Shown: positions 30,508 through 38,546 of the stretch, one piece after another
Position numbering within the stretch: the stretch's first letter is position 1
How the letters are laid out: every line of letters starts with the position of its first letter
Source of the DNA: Longimicrobiales bacterium
GTDB lineage: Bacteria; Gemmatimonadota; Gemmatimonadetes; Longimicrobiales; Gaopeijiaceae
NCBI GenBank assembly: GCA_963664435.2
Contig: CAXXKM010000003.1
Span: forward strand, 704,001-768,000
Length of the DNA: 64,000 nt
Reading direction: 5' to 3'
Translations under genes and position numbers: made by a program
Notes under the pieces: generated by a model
Database searches by the model: none
The model's input: the letters and a program-made list of their open reading frames with translations, nothing else
What the model was told of the DNA's origin: nothing

Positions 30508-31668
30508 CTACGAACCGCCGCCGTTGCTGGCCGCGTCCCCGGGCACCAGCAGGAAGCGCGTCATGTCGGCGTCCAGCCACACCGTCCGGAGCAGCTCGTG
30601 GGTGTCGGCGTCGTAGACGTCGATGGTGTTGCCCGCGTTGTAGATGTAGAGCAGTTCGCCGTTGGAGCTCGGCGCCAGCGACATGCGCGGACGTCCGGGG
30701 AACTCGACCCGGCTCTCGACCCGGCGCCCTTCCAGATCGAAGGTCCAGAACTCGTAGAAGCCGATTTCCGAGCGCAGCCCGTACGCCTTGCGGCCGTCCG
30801 GGGCCAGCGCGAAGCTCACCCGCTCGCTGGGCCCGAGGGTATAGAAGTCGACATCCTGCTCCGCCAGGTTGACGCGCGCGATGCCCATCATCTGGCGGCC
30901 CTGCACGGGATCCGTCATCCGGAAGAGATTCGTGAAGATGCCCTCGTCGTCGTAGGGGCTGCGCTGGAAGCTCATGTTCATGCGCCCGAGCCCCTCCTCC
31001 AGCGGCTGCGACAGCTCCCAGCGGTCCACCTCGGTGAAGTTCTCGGTCTCGACGGCGATGATGTCGCGGCCGAAGAAGTAGAGGAGGTCGCCGTCCGGCG
31101 AGAACATGAGGTTGGCGCCCTGACGCTGCTCGCCCACCGATGTCGGCACCGTATCGGTCACCTCGTGCGAGTCGAGGTCGACGCGGAGGATCGAGAATTC
31201 GCCGATCTCGAAGCGGTCGAGCAGCTTGGTGTAGCTGCGCGCGCCGAGCAGGACGTACTCCCCGCCCGGGTCCACGGCCATCGAGCGGATGCGCACCCGG
31301 GTGTTGCCCTCGCTCAGGGTGAACGAGTCGACCGATCGGCCCTCGGCCAGATCGACCACCTCGATGTGCTCCATGGCGGCGTCGCGCACGTAGAGGGTGC
31401 GGTTGTCCGGGGAGAGCTGCATCAAGTTGGGGATGCCGGATGTGACCGGGATGCGCTCCGTGACCTCGAGGGTCGCCTCGTCGATGACGTAGACGGACTC
31501 GTTGTAGGCCCCCATGTAGATGGTGCCGTTGCCGCCCGAGCGGACCTCCTGGGCGGCGGCGGCGGCCGGGAAAAGCGCGATCGATGCCGAAGCCACCAGC
31601 CAGCGGCGCATCAGGCGCGGGAGCGCGGACCGCGGTCCGGGGGCCGTCCGGCGCCGGGAATCCTTCAT
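30508..31668 (-). CDS. qhpB: Quinohemoprotein amine dehydrogenase beta subunit (beta-propeller)
   Basis: Signal peptide, YVTN-like propeller repeats, C-terminal LYIYNAGNTIDVYDA..GADM-like end, and position after qhpC. Confidence 0.75.
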   Translation of the reverse strand: MKDSRRRTAPGPRSALPRLMRRWLVASASIALFPAAAAAQEVRSGGNGTIYMGAYNESVYVIDEATLEVTERIPVTSGIPNLMQLSPDNRTLYVRDAAMEHIEVVDLAEGRSVDSFTLSEGNTRVRIRSMAVDPGGEYVLLGARSYTKLLDRFEIGEFSILRVDLDSHEVTDTVPTSVGEQRQGANLMFSPDGDLLYFFGRDIIAVETENFTEVDRWELSQPLEEGLGRMNMSFQRSPYDDEGIFTNLFRMTDPVQGRQMMGIARVNLAEQDVDFYTLGPSERVSFALAPDGRKAYGLRSEIGFYEFWTFDLEGRRVESRVEFPGRPRMSLAPSSNGELLYIYNAGNTIDVYDADTHELLRTVWLDADMTRFLLVPGDAASNGGGS

Positions 31669-31672
31669 GAGG

Positions 31673-31710
31673 TATGACATTTTGTCAGACACGTCTGCCA
31701 TTTTGTCAGG
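31673..31710. promoter_or_regulatory. Two 17-bp palindromes related to the island motif
   Basis: TATGACATTTTGTCAGA (31673) and TCTGCCATTTTGTCAGG (31694), 21 bp apart, between qhpC and qhpB. Confidence 0.55.
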
Positions 31711-31738
31711 TTTGGTCGATGGAAAGGACGTTTCCGGC

Positions 31739-32155
31739 CTACGGGAAGATCATCTCCAGCTTGCGCCAGTCGTTCTGCGCCGCCGCGCACTTGCCGGTCC
31801 AGTCCGGGCTGTGGTTCAGCTGATCCGGGACATGGGCGGGCCAGAAACACGCCAGGTGGCAATCGAAGAGGTCGCGCTCCACCGGCTGGCAGAGCCCGGC
31901 CGTGCCGCCCGCCTCGTCGACCTCCCAGCCGGGCGCGAAGACGAGCGAGCAGCCCAGCGGGATGTGCGGGATCTCCGGGATCTCGGGGAGGCGTCCCCCG
32001 AGTGCGACGACGTCCTCCGCGTTCTCGTCAGCGCCGGCGTTCGCCGCCGCGGGATCCACGGGCCCGGCCATCTGCTCGGCCGGAGGCACGTCGCCCTGGT
32101 TCGCCAGGTAGGTCACCATCCGGTCCGCTTTGCGGTTGATCGGTTTCAGTGCCAA
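31739..32155 (-). CDS. qhpC: Quinohemoprotein amine dehydrogenase gamma subunit precursor (CTQ peptide)
   Basis: TTG start after GAGGAG. Leader LKPINRKA...EDVVAL. Core GCSLVFAPGWEVD...LCQPVERDLFDCHLACFWPAHVPD...DWRKL keeps the C7/E16, C27/D33, C41/D49 and C37/W43 spacing of QhpC. Confidence 0.95.
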   Translation of the reverse strand: MALKPINRKADRMVTYLANQGDVPPAEQMAGPVDPAAANAGADENAEDVVALGGRLPEIPEIPHIPLGCSLVFAPGWEVDEAGGTAGLCQPVERDLFDCHLACFWPAHVPDQLNHSPDWTGKCAAAQNDWRKLEMIFP

Positions 32156-32196
32156 AGGTCTCTCTCCTCGTCTTACGCGGTCGCGAAGAACCCGGC

Positions 32197-33780
32197 TCAG
32201 GCGTCGAATCGTGCCAGGAATGCCGGGTTGCGCTCCGAGATGGCTCCATAAACTCGAAGACAGGTGTCGGTCCAACTCCGAACCCACTCGCAGAAGTGCA
32301 GGTTCGGGGTTCCCGTGGTGCCATACCGGGTGTGGGCCTCGTGATAGCATCCGCCGGCGCAGATGGGGCGGGCCCAGCAGGTGTGGCAATCCGTCTTGCT
32401 GTTGATGTGGTGCTTCTTCAGGTAGTCGTACTGCACGTCGGTGTCCACGCCCTCCGACACCGACCCGATCTTGTGCTCGTCGGAGCCGGCGAAGCGATGG
32501 CAGAGCGCCACGTCGCCGTCGGTCGCCACCCCCATGAGCCCGAGGCCGGCGCCGCAGGGGTACGCCTTGCTCACGCCCTTGTGGATCTCCTCCAGGGTGT
32601 CCTTGACGTTGGAGAAGCCGTGATGGCGGTCGGCGCAGGCGTGCTCGAGGAAGTCGCGCGCGAGCTCCTCGAACTGGCCGAGCATCTGGTCGTAGCCGGC
32701 ATCCGAGATGGAGAAGTCGCGGCACGACGAACTGGTCACCGGCGCAAAGCCCACCTCCCAGAAACCGATCTCCTCGGTCAGGTGGGTGAAGATCTCCTTC
32801 ACGTCGAGGTTCTTGCTGGTGAGGGTCACGCGCGCGCCGATGGGGCGGGTGCGGTGGCGCGCCAGAAGATCCTTGATCTTCGGCAGGATGATGTCGTAGC
32901 TGCCCATGCCGTTGGAGAAGACGCGCAGTCCGTCCTGCACTTCGCGCGGACCATCGATGGAGACCGTCACGCCCACCCGGTATTCCGCCAGCCAGTCGAC
33001 GATCTCGGGCTTGAGCAGGGTTGCGTTGGTGGTCAGGCTGAAGTCGACCTCCTTGCCGACTTCCTTCGCCCGCTGGCGCGCGTATGCGACCGTGCTCTTC
33101 AGCAGCTTGAAGTTGAGGAGGGTCTCGCCGCCGAAGAACGTGAGATGGACGAGCCGGTTGGTGCCGCCCTGCTCGAACATGAAGTCGACGCTCTCGCGGG
33201 CGGTCGCGAGGTCCATGTAGCGCGGCTTGGAGTCGGCTTCGACGATGCGGTCGTCGCCGTACTCGTAGCAGTAGGTGCAGGCCAGATTGCACTTGCTGGT
33301 GACGTTCAGGACCATCGTGGTGAGCGGAAAGCCCTTGGGCGGCAGCAAGTCGGGAGGGGCCGGGGCGGGCTTGCCGAGCAGGCCGATGGCGCGCACGCCC
33401 ATCAGTTCCTCGACGCGGTTGGCGACCTCTTCCGCGGGGAAGCGGCTCCCCAGCATGCCGAGCAGCTCGGCGGGCGTGCGGTTGGCCGTCTCAAGCGCCT
33501 CGAGCACCGCCCGAGAGGGGGCGTCGAGCCGGAAGATGGCCGCGCTCGGGACCAGGTAGAGGAAGGTGGAATCCTCCGCCTGGAAGGAATGGAACTCCCC
33601 CAGGGTGAGGACGTCGGGGGCGGGCGCGGAGCCGGGACCGTCAGCTCCCGGGATCGCAGGGGCAAGAGCCCCGTTTGCAGGCCCGGGAGCCCCGTTTGCA
33701 GGCCCGGGGCCGCCGCTTGCAGGCGGAGCGGCGCCCGCCGTCGCGGACGAAGCTGCGGAGGCGATGCCAATGTTGCTCAT
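32197..33780 (-). CDS. qhpD: Radical SAM/SPASM thioether-forming maturase QhpD (PeaB)
   Basis: CNLACTYC, FFGGETLLN and SPASM motif CGAG...CHRF...CHTCWARPICAGGC. Lies between qhpA and qhpC. Confidence 0.95.
   Translation of the reverse strand: MSNIGIASAASSATAGAAPPASGGPGPANGAPGPANGALAPAIPGADGPGSAPAPDVLTLGEFHSFQAEDSTFLYLVPSAAIFRLDAPSRAVLEALETANRTPAELLGMLGSRFPAEEVANRVEELMGVRAIGLLGKPAPAPPDLLPPKGFPLTTMVLNVTSKCNLACTYCYEYGDDRIVEADSKPRYMDLATARESVDFMFEQGGTNRLVHLTFFGGETLLNFKLLKSTVAYARQRAKEVGKEVDFSLTTNATLLKPEIVDWLAEYRVGVTVSIDGPREVQDGLRVFSNGMGSYDIILPKIKDLLARHRTRPIGARVTLTSKNLDVKEIFTHLTEEIGFWEVGFAPVTSSSCRDFSISDAGYDQMLGQFEELARDFLEHACADRHHGFSNVKDTLEEIHKGVSKAYPCGAGLGLMGVATDGDVALCHRFAGSDEHKIGSVSEGVDTDVQYDYLKKHHINSKTDCHTCWARPICAGGCYHEAHTRYGTTGTPNLHFCEWVRSWTDTCLRVYGAISERNPAFLARFDA
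33666..33707. repeat. 21-bp tandem repeat x2 in the qhpD N-terminal extension (PGPANGA)
   Basis: gagccccgtttgcaggcccgg occurs twice. Confidence 0.8.
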
Positions 33781-35573
33781 TTCGGGTTGCCTTCCATTCC
33801 GGGACCCGGTCCCGGGGTTCGGTTTCCTCGGCCGTTCGGACTTGCCGCCGGATCCGGGCTCGCTCCCGTACTCACGTTCGCTCCCGCGTCGAAAAGGAGG
33901 TAGAGCGGTACGGTCACGACCAGGTGGGCGCGGGCCCGCAGGGGACGATCGCCGTTGTCGTCCTGTGCCAGCGTGGCGACCACCCAGACGTCGCCGACGT
34001 TGTTGCGGTTGCGGTCACGGTCGGGGTTTGGGCCGTCGACCGCGGGAACGAAGAGTCCCGTCTGGTCGATCGAGCCGACGTACTCGATGTCGTTGTCGTC
34101 GAAGGTTGCCGCGTATTCCTCGAGGCTCCATTCGACCTCGATCGGCCCCAGTTCCAGGTCGTCGTCGGAGCTCGGGCGCCCGTCGGGTCCGTCGTCGAAG
34201 GCAACCGCCTCGAACTGCTGGTAGCCCTTCGGGAAGACGATGCCGCCCACGCGGGCCATGCCCGTGCGCGGAAGCACCTGGATGCGGTCGATGCCGTCGT
34301 GCACGACGACGCCCTGCGCGAGGCTCGCGCCCCCGACGAAAACGTCGCGACCGCCGGGGACCGCATCGGGCGCCAGCGTCACGTTGAGAGCGATCTCCTC
34401 CGAGGAGGCGCTGACCACCCGGTTGACGGTCAGACCGGGACCGAGATCCACATCTCCGGGCCCAACGTCGTCCGCGAACCCGGCCCCGAAGATGCGGACC
34501 TCCCGCTCGCCGCCACCCAACTGGAGGGCGCGGGGATGGACACCCGCGACAACCGGGGAGCCGGCCAGGCGCGTAAGACGCACATCCATGCCGATCTCGT
34601 CGTAGTCGCCGCGGAACCAGCGGCCCGCGATCTCGTTCATGCCGCGCTCGACGACCATCACCTCGCGCATCGCCCCATCGGCTTCATCGGACTCGAAGGA
34701 GCGCCCCCGCCACTGGTAACCGGTGTACACCAGCCCGCGGCCCCGCCGGGTGACGGTCTCGCCGGTGGCCGGATGGGTGTAGCTGGCCCGGGTGACGAAC
34801 GCGTCCTGTTCCCCGCCGTCCCCCATGGTCACCGTGCCGTAAGCCGCGCCGCGCCCGGGCTGGTGACCGGACAGAACCCAGGTGCCCTCTAGGCGGGGCG
34901 GCCGCATGGTGGCCGACCACGCCGCCCACTCGGGGGTGTGGAGGGGGAAGACCTCGGAGAGATGATCGACGGCCCGCTCCATGGGCTGTCGGGTGTCCGG
35001 CGGCTCGCCGTCGGGGCCGGGCTGGTCCGGCGTGGGCCCCATGCGCAGGAAGGCCTGGAAGTCCGCGAGCGGATAGTATCCGCGGTGCGTGGACATCAGG
35101 AGCTCCCATTCCTCGCGGGTGCGCCGCTGCGTGATCACCCGCCCCATCGAATGGCACTGGATGCAGGTGAACTCGACGTCGGTGTCCGCCTCGTAACGGT
35201 GGTCGATCATCCGCTTCTCGACCTCGAAAAGCCCCGGACGCAGCTCCTCTGGAGCCAGCCCCTGGTGGTCCGAGAGGTACTTGACGATCTCGCGCGCCTC
35301 TTCGGGCGCGAGCGTCACGCCGTTGAGCGAGATCATGCGCTGCAGCGAGCCCTGCCATCCCTCCGGCGTCTTGCGCTCGAAGGAGATACGCGACATGCGC
35401 CCCTCCGAATCCGGCAGATGACATGCCGCGCAGCGCGCGCGGATGGTCTCGTGCTCGATCGCGAAGCCTTCCTCGTCGCTCTGGGCGCTGACGCCGGCTG
35501 CGAAGACGGACGCACCTGCGACGAGGAGCCCCGCCAAGAGGCGCGCGCGGGTCAATCGAGGGCGGTGAACCAT
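33777..35573 (-). CDS. qhpA: Quinohemoprotein amine dehydrogenase alpha subunit (diheme c)
   Basis: Signal peptide, CAACH and CIQCH heme motifs, SRIS..RKTPEGW, ARVGG, GPNP.R...NNVG and HLVVTV. Confidence 0.95.
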   Translation of the reverse strand: MVHRPRLTRARLLAGLLVAGASVFAAGVSAQSDEEGFAIEHETIRARCAACHLPDSEGRMSRISFERKTPEGWQGSLQRMISLNGVTLAPEEAREIVKYLSDHQGLAPEELRPGLFEVEKRMIDHRYEADTDVEFTCIQCHSMGRVITQRRTREEWELLMSTHRGYYPLADFQAFLRMGPTPDQPGPDGEPPDTRQPMERAVDHLSEVFPLHTPEWAAWSATMRPPRLEGTWVLSGHQPGRGAAYGTVTMGDGGEQDAFVTRASYTHPATGETVTRRGRGLVYTGYQWRGRSFESDEADGAMREVMVVERGMNEIAGRWFRGDYDEIGMDVRLTRLAGSPVVAGVHPRALQLGGGEREVRIFGAGFADDVGPGDVDLGPGLTVNRVVSASSEEIALNVTLAPDAVPGGRDVFVGGASLAQGVVVHDGIDRIQVLPRTGMARVGGIVFPKGYQQFEAVAFDDGPDGRPSSDDDLELGPIEVEWSLEEYAATFDDNDIEYVGSIDQTGLFVPAVDGPNPDRDRNRNNVGDVWVVATLAQDDNGDRPLRARAHLVVTVPLYLLFDAGANVSTGASPDPAASPNGRGNRTPGPGPGMEGNPK

Positions 35574-35681
35574 GCGGGGACCCGGAAGTTGGAGAAACTC
35601 TTGTTTACCGGTGTATGCGGCATAGGGATGATATCGCCTGCGGGGAAGGGAGACAAACAGGGAGATTCGACCGGACATGCC

Positions 35682-35951
35682 ATGCCACGCCTTACGATCA
35701 CATTGACCAGCCGGGTGCACCGCGCCCTGAAGGACGTTGCGGCTCGGCAGGGACGCTCAATGGGCGAGATCATCGAGCTAAGCCTCGAATTCAGGGGTAT
35801 CCTCCCTTCCGAAACCGCACGCGAAATCGTCGCTCCCGGGCGTTCGACCTCCGGCTTGAGTGATGAGGCGGCGATGGCGATCGCGGTGCGCGAAACCAGG
35901 CTTCACCGAGCCGAGAACGAGGCTGACCAGAGCCAGAGGAGAAAGGCATGA
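35682..35951 (+). CDS. CopG/RHH family DNA-binding protein (orphan antitoxin-like)
   Basis: MPRLTITL...HRALK..AARQGRSMGEII...SLEFRGI. Confidence 0.7.
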   Translation: MPRLTITLTSRVHRALKDVAARQGRSMGEIIELSLEFRGILPSETAREIVAPGRSTSGLSDEAAMAIAVRETRLHRAENEADQSQRRKA

Positions 35952-36589
35952 ACTTCGACGTCGAAGGCCACCTGGGCGCCACGGAGCGCTCGGTGTCGGT
36001 GCTGGAGCGTGATGGACAGCCCGCCCGCGCGGTCATCCTCTCCTGCCGTTACGCGACGACGCTCGAGGACCTGTGGGACGCCGTCACCAACAGCGAGCGC
36101 CTGACCCGGTGGTTCCTGCCCGTCAGCGGTGAACTCCGACCCGGCGGCCGCTATCAGCTTGAGGGCAACGCGGGTGGTGTGATCACGGCCTGCGGGCACC
36201 CGTGGCATCTCGCGCTCACATGGGAGTTCGGCGGGGACGCGAGCTGGGTGGAGGTGCGCTTCTCGCAAGACGGACCCGGCCACGCGCGGCTTGCGCTGAC
36301 GCATACGCAGGGGTTGTCGGAACACTGGAGCCAGTACGGGCCGGGGGCCACGGGCGTGGGGTGGGAGTTGGGTCTGCTGGGGCTGGCGTTCCACCTCGCG
36401 GACCCGGACGCGCCGAAACCGGATGAGGTGGCCTTTGCGACGTCGCGAGACGGCAAGGCGTTCATCCGGGGCAGCGGTGAAGGATGGGGGGAGGCGGCGA
36501 TCAAGGCCGAATCAAATCCCGCTGCGGCGCGGGCCGCGGCCAGGCGGACCATCGCGTTCTACACGGGTGAACCGGCGGATCCCGCCTGA
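35948..36589 (+). CDS. SRPBCC/AHSA1 domain protein
   Basis: Motifs DLWDAVT..ERL.RWFLPVSGELRPGGRYQLEGNAGG and GPGATGVGWE. Confidence 0.9.
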   Translation: MNFDVEGHLGATERSVSVLERDGQPARAVILSCRYATTLEDLWDAVTNSERLTRWFLPVSGELRPGGRYQLEGNAGGVITACGHPWHLALTWEFGGDASWVEVRFSQDGPGHARLALTHTQGLSEHWSQYGPGATGVGWELGLLGLAFHLADPDAPKPDEVAFATSRDGKAFIRGSGEGWGEAAIKAESNPAAARAAARRTIAFYTGEPADPA

Positions 36590-36643
36590 CGTCGTCTGGG
36601 ACAGGGCCGCTTCCGCAGGTACGATCTGTGAACTTCAGGGAGT

Positions 36644-36852
36644 TCAGTTCATCGTCCGGGCAACGCGGAAGCCGATATTGAACCCGCGATCCTCACGCGG
36701 TATCCCGTCGCGGAAGGTCCCCCCAGTACCAGGCCGATTCCGTCCCCGCGCGCGCGACGTATTCCCACTCCGCCTCGCTCAGCAAGCGGTAGCTCTCGCC
36801 GGTCTCCTCCGACAGCCATCGGAGGTAGGTCCGCGCGTCCTCCCGGCAATCC
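36644..36852 (-). pseudogene. FGE-sulfatase domain gene remnant with internal deletion
   Basis: Minus strand reads [41 protein letters not shown]. It then jumps, out of frame, directly to the terminal RGFNIGFRVARTMN*. Confidence 0.8.
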
Positions 36853-36883
36853 GCGCAATCTCCCCGCGGGAGTACCGGGCCGC

Positions 36884-38538
36884 CTACAGATCGTTCTTCA
36901 GCATCCCCTTGCCGAGGAGGACGGAGAGGGCGCCGAGGAAGTCCGGCAGGGAGACGGTGGCGACGCGGTCCAGATAGGCCTGGTACAGGTCGGGGACCTG
37001 GTCGTGCCGGCCGGCCATGGCAACGAGCGGCGGGAGATCGATGTCGCGAAGGAAGCGCACGCCGTCGGGGAGCGCGGGCGAGGCGAGATGCTCGTCGAGG
37101 ACGATCCGTCGGCCGCGCACGGCTGGAAGCTGCAGGCGACGCAGGCCGGCGGCGGGGCGCAGGCGGATCGCAGGGGCGACGCGAAGGTCGCTGAAGGCCT
37201 GAAGGACGTCGGGATCCCGGCGCAGGGCGGCAATGTCGGGTTCGGTCGGAACCGGGATGTGGACTTCAGCGGACAGGTCGAGGGCTGGGGTGTGAGCCGG
37301 ATCCAGAGCGGGAGCATGCCCCGGATCCGTCGACGCGGACTCGCCGGAGGCCGGGACGTGTGAGGCGGAAGCGCCGGACGCGCGGGTGAGTTGCGCCGAC
37401 GGCGCGGGCGCAGGGATGCCGCCAGCGGCCTCTGCGCGTGCGCTCCAGAAGCCGTGGCCGTGCGCCGCAGCGGCCTCGCGGTAGTACCGGGCGGTGTGGC
37501 GCCGATGGGCGAGCCAGGTCTCCCGTTCGCGACTCTCGAAGAACTCGAGCGCCACGTCGTGCATGTCGGGCGTCGAATGCAGGTGTGGACGGTAACCGCC
37601 GCGAGCCAGGCGGAAGCGAGCGCCTTCTTGACCCCGACCGACGCGAGCGGATCGATGAAGCTGCCGGCGTCTCCGACAAGGAGGAGCCCGTCTCCGGCGA
37701 ACTGTGACGCGGTGTACTGGGAGGCGGTGTGCCCGCTGATGTCGCTGGCCAGATGGGCATCGGCCACCAGGCGGCGCGCCTCCCGGGTCTTTTCCAGCTC
37801 GGCCAGGTAGAGGCGGCGGCGACCCTTCCCCTTGAGCAGCCGCGTCCGGCGGGGGTCGATCATCATGGTCAGGTAGCGGCGCGTGTCCGATACCGGCATC
37901 GACCAGGCCCAGCCGTCACGGTAGCTCTCCACCAGGGTGTAGGGCTCTGCGGGGGGCGCGTCCGCGTTCGAGCGCCAAATGCCGGCCAGGGCGACGGTGG
38001 CGTTCGACTGGTCGTGGACGCGCAGCTCCGGGTTGGCGATCACCCCCGAGCGGCCGGAGCAGTCCAGGACGAAGCGACTTCGGAGGGTGGCCCCGGCGCC
38101 GCGGGCTGCCTCGTACTCGACACGCTGGCGCGGATCCCCTCCATCTCCGGCAGCGCTCGCGCGCACTACCCGCCGCACCCTCGCGTCCCGTCGCACCTCG
38201 GCTCCGGCTTCTTCCGCGAGGTCCAACAGCAGGGCATCGAAGGCGTCGCGCACCACGTGATGGCCCACAGTCCCGGGCGCAAAGTCGGCGCGCCGGAGCG
38301 GGGCGTCAGCCCATCGGACGAGATTGCCGCGGGCCGCGAAGAAGCCCGCCTCGTCGATTCTCTGCGCGACGCCCAGGAGGGTGAAGAGCTTGCGCGCGCT
38401 GGGAGGAACGGACTCCGCGAGAGCGGGATGGCCGGTCGGAGGCCGCGTGAGCAGAACGACGGAATGCCCCCACAGCGCGAGCAGGCGGGCTGTCGCCGAG
38501 CCGGCGGGCCCGCCGCCGATGACGACGGCCTCGAGGAT
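36884..38538 (-). pseudogene. qhpG: FAD-dependent monooxygenase QhpG-like (Trp-halogenase fold), split by a 1-bp frameshift near 37568-37570
   Basis: VVIGGGPAG, LDCSGR and LVGDAGSFIDPLAS.GV.KAL. The frame changes at HTCIRRP|DMHDVALEFF; one extra C in cgcccgac restores a continuous ORF. Confidence 0.75.
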
Positions 38539-38546
38539 GTCGTCGC

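Noticed and set aside
31739..33292. 517-aa ORF in the ORF track
   Set aside because: Only its last 138 codons (qhpC) are real. The rest overlaps qhpD in another frame.
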